NCBI GenBank assembly: GCA_963662465.1
Contig: OY759599.1
Coordinates: 4,384,001 to 4,448,000, forward strand
From: Desulfatiglandales bacterium
GTDB lineage: Bacteria; Desulfobacterota; DSM-4660; Desulfatiglandales; Desulfatiglandaceae
Reading direction: 5' to 3'
DNA length: 64,000 nucleotides
Shown here one piece after another: positions 41,366 to 51,190 of the stretch (position 1 is the stretch's first letter; every line of letters starts with the position of its first letter). Made by a program: the position numbers and the translations under genes. The notes under the pieces were generated by a model. It made no database searches and was not told the DNA's origin. It saw only the letters and a program-made list of their open reading frames with translations.

Positions 41366-42361
41366 ATGGAAAAATCGAAAAAATTCCGACCGGATCCCAA
41401 ACTTCGTCTTATGGATCAGGTTCGACAAGTTCTACGCTATCACCACTACGCCTATCGCACAGAACAAACTTATTGCGATTGGATCATGCGCTATATCCGG
41501 TACCATGGGAGCAATACCCATCCTCGGAATATGGGTAAGAAAGAAATCGAAGCCTTTCTGTCCCATTTGGCGGTTCAACAACACGTTGCCGCCTCCACCC
41601 AGCGCCAAGCTCTTAATGCGATTATTTTCCTATACAAAAGAGTCCTTGATATTCCGGTTGACGAAGATCTTGACCCTGTCCGCGCCAAAAGACGCTCCCG
41701 CCCCCCGGTTGTCATGAGCCAACGGGAGGTTTCCATTGTTTTGGAACACATGCACGGTTTGCATCTCCTCATGGCGAAAATCCTGTACGGCAGCGGCCTG
41801 CGGTTAATGGAGTGCATCCGACTCCGTATTCGCGATCTTGATTTTGAACGCGGGCTTATTTACGTTCGAGCCGCAAAAGGCGGTAAGGACCGTACCACCC
41901 TTTTTCCGGAATCCCTCCACTCCCTCATGAAAAATCAGGTTGAAGCGGTTGAAAAACTTCATCGGCAGGACCTGGCGGATGGATATGGGGATGTTTATCT
42001 TCCAAACGCCCTTGCCCGCAAATACCCCAATGCCGCCAAATCCCTGGGTTGGCAATATGTATTTCCCTCAAAAAAACGCAGCAAGGATCCCCGATCAGGT
42101 AAAACAATGCGGCATCATGTTCTTGAATCCGGGCTCCAAAAAGCCGTGAAGGCCGCTGTTGGAAAGGCGGGACTTACAAAACCCGTCGGTTGTCATACCT
42201 TTCGCCATTCTTTTGCAACGCATTTGCTTGAAAACGGGGTGAACATTCGGGTGGTTCAGGAATTGTTGGGCCATGCGGATGTGAAGACCACCGAGATCTA
42301 CACCCACGTAATGGAAAAGGACATTTCCGTGGTTCGAAGTCCTTTGGATGGGCTTTTGTGA
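41366..42361 (+). CDS. intI: Integron integrase
   Basis: HYAYRTEQTY, ASTQRQAL, YGSGLR, KGGKDR; IntI-specific patch VYLPNALARKYPNA...WQYVFPS; HTFRHSFATHLL, LGHADVKTTEIYTH. Confidence 0.97.
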   Translation: MEKSKKFRPDPKLRLMDQVRQVLRYHHYAYRTEQTYCDWIMRYIRYHGSNTHPRNMGKKEIEAFLSHLAVQQHVAASTQRQALNAIIFLYKRVLDIPVDEDLDPVRAKRRSRPPVVMSQREVSIVLEHMHGLHLLMAKILYGSGLRLMECIRLRIRDLDFERGLIYVRAAKGGKDRTTLFPESLHSLMKNQVEAVEKLHRQDLADGYGDVYLPNALARKYPNAAKSLGWQYVFPSKKRSKDPRSGKTMRHHVLESGLQKAVKAAVGKAGLTKPVGCHTFRHSFATHLLENGVNIRVVQELLGHADVKTTEIYTHVMEKDISVVRSPLDGLL

Positions 42362-42731
42362 AGTTGTCTTCATTCGATATGCCCTGATGTGTTCGCTCAT
42401 CAATCCCGTAACCGGCCTGTAAAGTCGGCACTCAAACATCCCACCTTGCCGGCTTACCCGTTTTTCGGAACTTTGATAAAGAATTTCACTCCCGGCGGAA
42501 AAGGCAGGCATGCCGGGAGCGGAACAGGCAGGTTTTAAGGGGATGCTCCATATGAAAACCTTCGGCGAATCGTTCAGGGTTTGTATGGATTGAACAGCAG
42601 CATGTCAGGGATGATACTTGGAATGGAAACAAAGTCAAGAAAAATCGATTAAAGAATAGGGAATTTCTGAGGTTGAGGCGAGGGTCAGAGATCAGAAAAA
42701 CAAAGAACTGATCCGGTACATTCAGGCGTCG

Positions 42732-43283
42732 TTACTTAATTGTTTTCAGCAGTGCTTTAAACTCTGTTGTGCCGGCTTTCTTGAGAATTTGGAAGATAAT
42801 GGTCTCGGTTGAGGTGACGATGGCCCCGGCTTTCCCCATCAACGACAGTCCGATCTCTCGATTGTCTTCGGTTCTGGAATCGACGGCGTGATGCGGAACA
42901 TGAACCCTGTATCCCCGTTCCAGAAGGGAGACGCATGTCTGGAAAACGCAGATGTGGGTTTCAACGCCCGTAAGGATGATATTTTTGAGGTTCCCGGCTT
43001 CAATTCCGTCATTGAAAGCGTCCACATCACAGCAGTTGAAATGCAGTTTTTCAATGGGGTTGTAAACAGGCAGGGCCTCTTGAATGACCGGCAGGGTAGG
43101 TCCCAGGTGTTTGGAATACTGTTCCGTTAATATGACGGGCAGATGAAACACACGGGCAAGGTCAAGGAGTTTCAAAAGCCTGTCTATTACACGCTCTGCC
43201 TGGCCCATGACCTGCAGGAGTTTTTCCTGTGCATCTACGATGACAAGACCTGTATTCTCTTGGTTCAATAGCGAAATGGTCAT
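42732..43283 (-). CDS. Isochorismatase-family hydrolase
   Basis: VIVDAQEKL, TEQY, GVETHICVFQT. Confidence 0.88.
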   Translation of the reverse strand: MTISLLNQENTGLVIVDAQEKLLQVMGQAERVIDRLLKLLDLARVFHLPVILTEQYSKHLGPTLPVIQEALPVYNPIEKLHFNCCDVDAFNDGIEAGNLKNIILTGVETHICVFQTCVSLLERGYRVHVPHHAVDSRTEDNREIGLSLMGKAGAIVTSTETIIFQILKKAGTTEFKALLKTIK

Positions 43284-43322
43284 AATGTTATTAATTGTAT
43301 TCGGATCGCCATCTACTGTCAA

Positions 43323-44438
43323 CTACCGTTTTTTGTTTGCTTGCAAATTTGGTTTGGGTTCCCGTTGAATCAAAACCGCCCGTTCGGCGGCGGCAAGCGC
43401 ACCTTCGAGATAACCACCGTGTTGACTGGCAGTTTCCGTACCGGCAAAATGGACGGCGCCGTCCCAAATGGCAGTTTGACCTGCAGGGGGATAATAGAGG
43501 GGGTGTTCAATCATGGGCGGCTGGTCATACGGGGTGGCGGTAAAGGGTTCGCGTGCCCAATCCTGGTAAAAGAACGCCGTCGGCTGGGCTGCCGGTTTTC
43601 CGTAGAGAATGGCAAGTTGAGAGAGAATCGCCTCGGTGAGACGTTGTTGAGGGTTGCGTTGAACCGCCGGAATACCGAGAAACCCGGTCAGGCCATAGGG
43701 GCCATCACCGTTGTTGCTGCCGTCATGGATCTCGCCCATGGGTCCGCACTGGCTGAAAGCCTGGCCCGAGAGGTTTCTTTGCCGCCAGAAAGGTTCTTCA
43801 TAAAGGGCGCAGAATTTCGCCTGACCCGCCATCCAGGTACCGATTTTCAGCATGGCCTGGGTCAAATTGTGGGACAATTCAGGTTCAAAGAGAATGGTAG
43901 CGGCGGCAAGACGTGGCGGCAAGGCGAGGATTACCTTATTGGCGCTGAACCGTTTCCAGGGTGCTTTCTCCAGTTCGCCGACGCTGACCAGCACGCCGGC
44001 AGACTTTTTTTCGATTTTACAGACCGGGTGATTGAGTTTGACGGCGTTTTCAGGAATTAACTCACGGAGTTTCGCCATCAGGGCCATCATACCGCCCACA
44101 AGCCGCCAGGAAAGCGGTTCCATGGGGTAACCACTCACGGTCTGGACGGCACCGTTGGAATTCTGAAACCGGCCAAACCCCTCTTCAAACTGGCGATACC
44201 CCTCGAGCCCCAGATCGTAAATAAGACGCGCCATTTTCGGATGGATTGCAGGCCAGTACCAGGAGGGACCGAGATCGGAGAAAAACCCTTGATGTTCGGG
44301 GCTCAATATCCTGCCGCCGATGCGATCGCGGGCTTCGAGAACTACAAAAGATTCATTTCGTTGGGACAGCAGGCAAGCAGCATAAATACCGCTGAGACCG
44401 CCGCCGATGATCACAATATCAACTGTTTCAGTGGGCAT
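43323..44438 (-). CDS. Flavin monoamine oxidase-family protein
   Basis: GGGLSG, EARDRIGGR, DLGPSW, FAGTET...GYLEGA. Confidence 0.9.
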   Translation of the reverse strand: MPTETVDIVIIGGGLSGIYAACLLSQRNESFVVLEARDRIGGRILSPEHQGFFSDLGPSWYWPAIHPKMARLIYDLGLEGYRQFEEGFGRFQNSNGAVQTVSGYPMEPLSWRLVGGMMALMAKLRELIPENAVKLNHPVCKIEKKSAGVLVSVGELEKAPWKRFSANKVILALPPRLAAATILFEPELSHNLTQAMLKIGTWMAGQAKFCALYEEPFWRQRNLSGQAFSQCGPMGEIHDGSNNGDGPYGLTGFLGIPAVQRNPQQRLTEAILSQLAILYGKPAAQPTAFFYQDWAREPFTATPYDQPPMIEHPLYYPPAGQTAIWDGAVHFAGTETASQHGGYLEGALAAAERAVLIQREPKPNLQANKKR

Positions 44439-44442
44439 GGAA

Positions 44443-45159
44443 CTATTCCGGCGGCATAGTGCTCATGTCGGGGACCCAGCCCTCGGGCGTCTTTCGGTAC
44501 AGGGGGTATCGGATGGGCGACTTGACCAGTGAGGGCCATTTGGGGTCGATAGCTCCAAGGCGGTCTATCCAAACATTGGTCTCCCGATTGGCCACCACGA
44601 TCCCCACAAGTTCAATCCCCAGTTTTTCCACCAGTTTCAATTCAGCTGACAAGGTGCCGCCGGTGCTGATGACGTCCTCCACCAGAATGACCCGCTTGCC
44701 GTCAAGACGTTCCAGCAACTTGGGATCGATATAGACCTGCTTCGGCACGGTTGGACTTGTGATGGATGTAACGGGCACGGATAGTTCATCTTCGTACCAG
44801 AATTTACGGGAATAACCCAGGGGAACATAGCGCTCATGGCCCAGTTTCCTGGCCACAATGGGGGCATAAACCATCCCCAGGGTGGGCATCCCAATAACCA
44901 CTTCCGGATCCCACTGTTTGGCCAATTTGGCCATTTCCGTTGTCAGACGGTCTTCCACCTCAAAGGTCGTTTGATTGGAGCACAGAAAGGCGATGGCCGT
45001 ATCAAAATCAGGGGGCAAGGGGAGAAGGGGAAGGTCCAGCCAGTCACCGTCGGGAAGCTGAACCGGAACGCTGTCCTGATAGGGGGGGTGCGGAACCTCT
45101 TTCATTTCCGATGCCGGGATTAACCGTTCACAATTACTGCCTTTGCCTTTCAAATCCAT
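44443..45159 (-). CDS. Type I phosphoribosyltransferase
   Basis: PRPP loop VILVEDVISTGGT; start codon uncertain. Confidence 0.85.
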   Translation of the reverse strand: MDLKGKGSNCERLIPASEMKEVPHPPYQDSVPVQLPDGDWLDLPLLPLPPDFDTAIAFLCSNQTTFEVEDRLTTEMAKLAKQWDPEVVIGMPTLGMVYAPIVARKLGHERYVPLGYSRKFWYEDELSVPVTSITSPTVPKQVYIDPKLLERLDGKRVILVEDVISTGGTLSAELKLVEKLGIELVGIVVANRETNVWIDRLGAIDPKWPSLVKSPIRYPLYRKTPEGWVPDMSTMPPE

Positions 45160-45467
45160 GAAACACTCCTGTTCGTTCTGATGCGGCAAGCCGCGGTTGT
45201 AGGTTTTAGGACTTTGCCCTTTTCCCGCCGGAATATGTCCCAAAAGAGCCCGCATGTCAAGCCCCTTAAGAAAAGCCTCTGAAAACAAAAGGGAAAATGG
45301 GTGACAGGATTGTTTTTGCGACTTCTTTATTGACATAAACGGCCTTCCTTCCCTATATTCCGATCATATTCATCATCAGGATCGCAGGCAAAAGCATACC
45401 GGAGCGGTCCGGGTTTTTTCAGGATGATTCGAAAAAGAGAAAATCCAAAAAAGATAGACGAGGTTTC

Positions 45468-46355
45468 ATGGGAATGGCGGGGTTGTTACAAACCATATTG
45501 GGCGGCATCGGCGAGGGTTCCATCTATGCCCTTCTGGGGCTGTCATTTGTCCTGATTTTCGGCAAGCTGAGGATCTGTTCGGTCCTTCACGGGGACCTGG
45601 CCGTGCTGGGCGCCTATGCGGCTTACTGGTCTTTCGCCCTATGGAAAATTGACCCCTTCCTGAGTATGCTCTACCTGCTCCCCCTCTTTTTCGGGGGCGG
45701 CTACCTCATCCAGCGGTTTTTCCTGAAGCCTTTTATGGCCATGGAAACCTGGAAAGGACGATACCAGGGGCAAATCATGGTCACCTGGGGCATCGCACTG
45801 GTCATTATGGCCCTGGAGTATATCTTCTGGACCGGAACCTATCGAACCATTGCCACCGATTACCGGAACACGGCCTTCTTCATAGGGGATATCTCCCTGC
45901 CCTATGTACACCTGGCATCCATCGCCGGCGTCTTTGCCATCTATTTCCTGATCACCGCCCTGCTCAAGAGAACGGGGCTGGGGATCGCCTTGAGGGCCTG
46001 TTCCGACAACCGGACCGCCGCCATGCTGGCGGGGATCAACTACCACCGAATCTGCTCCCTGGCCTTCGGAATCTCAGCAGCCATTTCCGTGGTGGCCGGC
46101 ATCTTTTTTGCGCTGACCCATCAGATCACGCCGTCTTTGGGATTGAGCCTCACCTTCAAGGGTTGGGTTGCGGTCATCATGGGGGGAATGGGCAGCCTGG
46201 GAGGGGTGATTGCCGCAGGGCTTCTGCTGGGGGTCATCGAATCCCTCACCGCCTATTTCTATATCCCCGCCTTAAAAGAAGCGGCTCTCTATACGGCGCT
46301 CCTGGTCTTTTTGATTGCCAGGCCCGAAGGGCTGTTTAAACAGGCGAAAAACTGA
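45468..46355 (+). CDS. Branched-chain amino acid ABC permease (LivH-like)
   Basis: Hydrophobic; GIALRA, GGMGS, RPEGL. Confidence 0.9.
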   Translation: MGMAGLLQTILGGIGEGSIYALLGLSFVLIFGKLRICSVLHGDLAVLGAYAAYWSFALWKIDPFLSMLYLLPLFFGGGYLIQRFFLKPFMAMETWKGRYQGQIMVTWGIALVIMALEYIFWTGTYRTIATDYRNTAFFIGDISLPYVHLASIAGVFAIYFLITALLKRTGLGIALRACSDNRTAAMLAGINYHRICSLAFGISAAISVVAGIFFALTHQITPSLGLSLTFKGWVAVIMGGMGSLGGVIAAGLLLGVIESLTAYFYIPALKEAALYTALLVFLIARPEGLFKQAKN

Positions 46356-46377
46356 CGGGGAACCCAAAGGAATTCAT

Positions 46378-47337
46378 ATGAATTTAAAAAGATGGTGTTT
46401 GTGGGGCGCCGCGTGTTTCCTCCTGTTTCTGGCGATCCTTTTCAGCAATCATGCGGGCTTTTTATCCAATTTCATCGTTTACGCCTTCCTGTTTATCATC
46501 GCGGGGGAAGGGTGGAACTTATTGGGGGGCTATATCGGAGAAATCTCCTTCGGTCATGCGGTTTTCTTCGGCGTAGGCGCATACTGCGTGGGACTGCCCA
46601 TCGGATACGGTTATGACCCGCCATTGGCGCTCCTGGTGGTTCTGGGAGGGGTGGTGAGCGCCCTTTTGGCCTACATCCTGTCATTCCCACTTTTGAGAAT
46701 GCAGGGCTTTCCCTTCCTGATCGCCACCTTCGGCCTGGGGGTCATCTTTCAGAAGGTGTTTCATATTTCGAAATTTTTCTTTTCAACCCGCGGCATTTTC
46801 CTCCCTTCCGTCAACAACTACCTCCTCTACGCCGTCATCGGGGCCCTTGCCATCGCATCGGTGATCTTTACAAGATGGCTCGTGAGCCAGAACATCGGTC
46901 TGAGTTTCAGGGCCATTCGCGACGCCCCCGATGCGGCACGGATGTCCGGGGTAAACATCTTCAAAACAAAGATGACGGCCTTTGTCATCGGCGCCTTCAT
47001 GACCGGGATTGCCGGGGCTCTGTTCGCCCTCTATCGCAGCTATGTACAGCCTGTAACCTGTTTCAGCATGGCCATCAGCCTGACCATCCTGCTGGGCCCC
47101 TATATCGGGGGGATCGGAACGGTCATGGGGGCCGCCATCGGGGCCTTTGTGGTCCTGGGTCTGGAAGAGGTATCCAGAGATCTTTTCGTGCATGGACACC
47201 ACCTTTTTCTGGGGGGGATTCTGATCATCATCATGATGACCATGAGGGAGGGCATTTGGCCCGCAATGCTTCGTATTTTTAAAAAAATTCCACGGTTGGC
47301 GGGCCGGAAGGCCCCTGTATCAGAAGAAATTAGATAG
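46378..47337 (+). CDS. Branched-chain amino acid ABC permease (LivM-like)
   Basis: WNLLGGYIGEISFGHAVFFGVGAY. Confidence 0.9.
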   Translation: MNLKRWCLWGAACFLLFLAILFSNHAGFLSNFIVYAFLFIIAGEGWNLLGGYIGEISFGHAVFFGVGAYCVGLPIGYGYDPPLALLVVLGGVVSALLAYILSFPLLRMQGFPFLIATFGLGVIFQKVFHISKFFFSTRGIFLPSVNNYLLYAVIGALAIASVIFTRWLVSQNIGLSFRAIRDAPDAARMSGVNIFKTKMTAFVIGAFMTGIAGALFALYRSYVQPVTCFSMAISLTILLGPYIGGIGTVMGAAIGAFVVLGLEEVSRDLFVHGHHLFLGGILIIIMMTMREGIWPAMLRIFKKIPRLAGRKAPVSEEIR

Positions 47338-47366
47338 ATCCGAACATCACCAGCAAGGAACGCAAA

Positions 47367-48098
47367 ATGGGAATATTGGAGATAACCAACATCAACAAGG
47401 CCTTCGGAGGTCTTCAGGCCTTATCGGGAGTCACCATCAACATTGAAGAAGGAGAAACCTACGGACTGATCGGCACCAACGGCTCGGGGAAAACCACCCT
47501 CTTCAACATCGTTTGCGGATTTTTCAAGCCGGATACGGGGTCCATCACCTTCAGGAGCCGCAATATCACGGGCTTTGCACCGGATAAGGTCTGTAAAATG
47601 GGGATCGGAAGGTGTTTCCAGACGGTACAACCCTTCAGAAGCATGTCCCCCATGGAAAACGTCCGGGTAGCCAGGACCTATGGGCGAAAGGTCAAGAAAG
47701 ACAAAGAATTATCCCTGAACGACATTATGGACATTGTGGGTCTGACCCAAAAGAAGGACCGGGTTACGGAAAATCTCACCCTGCCGGATAAAAAGAATGT
47801 GGAAATCGCCAGAGCCCTGGCGGGGAATCCTGAATTAATCCTTTTTGACGAAGTGGCAAGCGGCCTCACCGCCAGGGAGATCGAAGGACGAATCGCGCTG
47901 ATGAAAAAACTTTCCAACATGGGGATCACCATCGTGGTGGTGGAACATATCATGAAGTTCATCAAGGGGATCTGCGACCGGGTGGGGGTCCTTCACACGG
48001 GCCAGCTGATTTGTGAAGGTCGTCCCGCCCAGGTGGCGGAAGATAAGCGGGTGATCGAGGCCTATCTGGGGAGTGGGTCCAGGGGGAAGACATCATGA
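47367..48098 (+). CDS. ABC ATP-binding protein (LivG-like)
   Basis: GTNGSGKTT; VIEAYLG. Confidence 0.9.
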   Translation: MGILEITNINKAFGGLQALSGVTINIEEGETYGLIGTNGSGKTTLFNIVCGFFKPDTGSITFRSRNITGFAPDKVCKMGIGRCFQTVQPFRSMSPMENVRVARTYGRKVKKDKELSLNDIMDIVGLTQKKDRVTENLTLPDKKNVEIARALAGNPELILFDEVASGLTAREIEGRIALMKKLSNMGITIVVVEHIMKFIKGICDRVGVLHTGQLICEGRPAQVAEDKRVIEAYLGSGSRGKTS

Positions 48099-48811
48099 AG
48101 GTCCTCGAAGTAAAAGAGATCACCGCGGGCTACGACAAAGAGATCGATGTTCTACACAACATCTCCCTGTTTGTGGAAGACCGGGAGTCGGTTTCCCTCA
48201 TCGGCGCCAACGGCGCCGGAAAGAGTACGCTCTTAAAAATCATATCGGGATTGCTGCACCCCAAAAAAGGTGAAATCGTTTATGAGGGGGAAAGGATCGA
48301 AAAGCTGGCGCCCCACCAGGTGGTGGAGAGGGGAATCATTCAAATCCCCGAGGAAAAGGAGACCTTCGCCACCCTTACCGTGGCTGAAAATCTGCGAGTG
48401 GTCTGCCAGACAAAACGATCCAGGGGAAAAAAAACCGAAAACCTGGCATTCGTATTGGAGACCTTTCCCGTGCTTGAGAACAGGAAGAATCAGGAAGCCC
48501 GGACCCTCAGTGGCGGCGAACGAAAAATGTTAGCGGTGGGGATGTCCATGATGGCCGAGCCCAGGATGCTCTTGCTGGATGATATTTCCGTGGGTCTGGC
48601 GCCCAAGGTGGTGGGGTTTCTGTACGACCGGCTGGAACAACTGCGGGATCTCCTCGAGATCCCCATTTTGATGGTGGAACAAAACGTTGAGATCGCTCTG
48701 GATTTTACGGAAAGGGGGTATGTGATCAGCGGCGGAGAGGTTGTCTTGACGGGACAGGCGGAAGACCTGAGAAACGCTCAGGCGGTAAAAGAATCCTATT
48801 TGGGCGCTTAA
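48095..48811 (+). CDS. ABC ATP-binding protein (LivF-like)
   Basis: GANGAGKST, LSGGE, VEQN. Confidence 0.9.
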   Translation: MKVLEVKEITAGYDKEIDVLHNISLFVEDRESVSLIGANGAGKSTLLKIISGLLHPKKGEIVYEGERIEKLAPHQVVERGIIQIPEEKETFATLTVAENLRVVCQTKRSRGKKTENLAFVLETFPVLENRKNQEARTLSGGERKMLAVGMSMMAEPRMLLLDDISVGLAPKVVGFLYDRLEQLRDLLEIPILMVEQNVEIALDFTERGYVISGGEVVLTGQAEDLRNAQAVKESYLGA

Positions 48812-48854
48812 TTAATTTTTTTAAAAAAAGAGTTTAAAGAAAGGGGAAGCAGGA

Positions 48855-50165
48855 ATGAAAAAAATGTTTTTGGTTATGGGAATGGCTGTAATCACGATGT
48901 TGTTTGCATCTTTGAACGTTTTTGCCGTCGAAAGCAAACCGCTGGATCCTCCGGGACCCGGAGTGGTGGCGCCGGGTGAAGACATTGTGATCGGCGGCAC
49001 CTTTACCCTGACGGGCCCCGTCTCTCATGCGGGTCGGATGACCCTGGAGGGGGCCGAGCGGGCCGTGAAGTATGTAAATGAAGAACTGGGGGGCATCCTG
49101 GGGCATCAGGTCAAACTCAAATATTATGATGATGAGTACCAGGAAGCCAAAATCACCATGTTGTATGAGAAGCTCATCAGCAGGGACAAAGTGGATCTCC
49201 TTGTTTCCCCCTATACGTCCCCCTTCCTGGCGGCCTGCCCCGTGGTTGACAAACACGGCATGCTCCTGTTCTGCAACGCCGCGGACAGCTATGTGGGCAA
49301 CGACAAGTATGGCCAGACCGTAGTGAACATTCAAATGGACGACCACTGGCGAGGCGGTATGTGGTGGCATGATGTGGCCGATTTTTTTGTGAATTTCGAA
49401 AAATGGAACTACAAAAAACTCCCCAAGCCCAAAACCGTCGCCGTATTGAACCTCAACATTTCATATGGGCACGAAGTGGCGGACTCGGTGATCAAATATC
49501 TGGAAAAAAACGGCTTCAAGGTGGTGTATCATGAGTTCTTCGAGCCGGTGGTGGGCGACTGGACCCCGGTGGTAACCAAATTGAAAGGCCTTAAGCCTGA
49601 CATCATTTTTCAGCCCCATTATTTTGAAGACTGCGTCACCTTTGTGCAGAAATGCCGCGAAATGAATTATTATGCCCCCTACATGATCATCGAGGGCATG
49701 GGCTGGGACCCGCTGTCATGGACCCATCCGGACATGGGCGGATTGCCGCCGGAAATCGCCAAGCGAGGCTTCTTCGGATACTCCGTGTTCAAACGAAAAT
49801 ATGACTCAGCCGGCAAGAAATATCTGGAAGAATTTACGACGAAGAAGTACGGACATTTCCCGGGCAACGACCATATCTGCGGTTTCATGGCCATCGAACT
49901 CATGGCCAAGGCAGCCAACAAGGCGGGTTCCCTCAAGAAGGAAGATATGATCAAGGCCATGATGGACAATACCTTTGACCTGGCCGGCTATGAATACAAA
50001 ATGAACAAAACCGGCGGCAACGCCGCGGCCTTCCATTGGGGCGTGGGGCAATATATCCCGGAAGACATTAAAAAAGCCGATTCAGGGCCTGATGACTGGT
50101 ATTGCGTCTGGCCCCCCAAGTATGAAGAACATAAACCCTTTTATCCTTTCCCCGGCTGGAAATAG
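48855..50165 (+). CDS. ABC substrate-binding protein (Liv family)
   Basis: Signal peptide; LTGP, GGILG, YDDE; position in the operon. Confidence 0.85.
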   Translation: MKKMFLVMGMAVITMLFASLNVFAVESKPLDPPGPGVVAPGEDIVIGGTFTLTGPVSHAGRMTLEGAERAVKYVNEELGGILGHQVKLKYYDDEYQEAKITMLYEKLISRDKVDLLVSPYTSPFLAACPVVDKHGMLLFCNAADSYVGNDKYGQTVVNIQMDDHWRGGMWWHDVADFFVNFEKWNYKKLPKPKTVAVLNLNISYGHEVADSVIKYLEKNGFKVVYHEFFEPVVGDWTPVVTKLKGLKPDIIFQPHYFEDCVTFVQKCREMNYYAPYMIIEGMGWDPLSWTHPDMGGLPPEIAKRGFFGYSVFKRKYDSAGKKYLEEFTTKKYGHFPGNDHICGFMAIELMAKAANKAGSLKKEDMIKAMMDNTFDLAGYEYKMNKTGGNAAAFHWGVGQYIPEDIKKADSGPDDWYCVWPPKYEEHKPFYPFPGWK

Positions 50166-50441
50166 TCGGTCTTTGGCCCGGGGCGAACGCTTTCACGTCC
50201 CCCTGAAAAAGGGGACGCCCGGGCATGACCGGGGAGAAGCGGATTAGGCGAATTAATATGATCGGGGCATTTTTTAAGCGCATTAAAGTTGCCGCTGCGC
50301 ATCCGCGTTTTGGATGTGGATATCCCTTTGCGGAAAGGGAATCTCGATTCCAGCCATTTTGAACTTTTCAAAGATCTCAAAATAAAGCGCACTGCGAATA
50401 TTTCGCCGCGGCGTTACCCGGACGTCTATCCATATGGCAGC

Positions 50442-50921
50442 TCAAAATTGATTGAGCTGTCGCCATATTGAATAAACGTAACCATGGGTTTTGGGAACAA
50501 TGCATTCAATGTTGCCTCTGGTTCTCACCTTGGTGACACGCAAATAGATATCCGTAACCACGCCCAGACCTTTATCCACTTCAATCCAGCCGCCTTTTCT
50601 GATTTTACCGCCGAATATGATCGCAAAACCGCTGATGATATTGGCGGCCGTGTGCTGCAGTCCCAAGCCGATGCCGATGCCGGCGGCACCCGCAAAAATC
50701 AGAAGAAACCGAAGATCGAGTCCCACAACCTTCAAGGAAATCAGAGTACCAATGACAATAAAAACATATTTGAACGTGGTATCGAGGGCATGCCCCAGAC
50801 CGGGGTCGACTCCAATGGAAGGATAAGGGTAAAGAGAAAAGATGCAGCTACAAAGGCAATGGATGAAATGGGGTAAATCCTGTATTTGATGATTCATTAT
50901 CGCAACGTCCTTTTTTTCCAT
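50442..50921 (-). pseudogene. MscS mechanosensitive channel fragment
   Basis: GIGIGLGLQ..AANIISG...G.VTDI.LR.T; short, with degenerate ends. Confidence 0.65.
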
Positions 50922-51190
50922 GGACTATTTTTTTCACTCCTTAGAGTGGATTTTGTGGTAAACCCTCATGACAAGGGATTTGCCACCCCCGTGCATGAAA
51001 ATGGCATCTACCGCTTTTAGGCTAACCGCTAACAGCTAATAGCTAACCGCTGCATTTTCATGGTAAAGATAAGATGAATTCGGCTCTCAAATGGTGGACG
51101 TTCTCTCGCGGGAATAAGACGTGCTGAAAAACAACATGTTTATCGGTGCGCCCGAAGAAAGCCACAATTTTTCCACTGTAAACAAAAGCC

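Noticed and set aside
51021..51051. GCTAANN heptamer repeats
   Set aside because: About four degenerate intergenic copies with no evidence of function.
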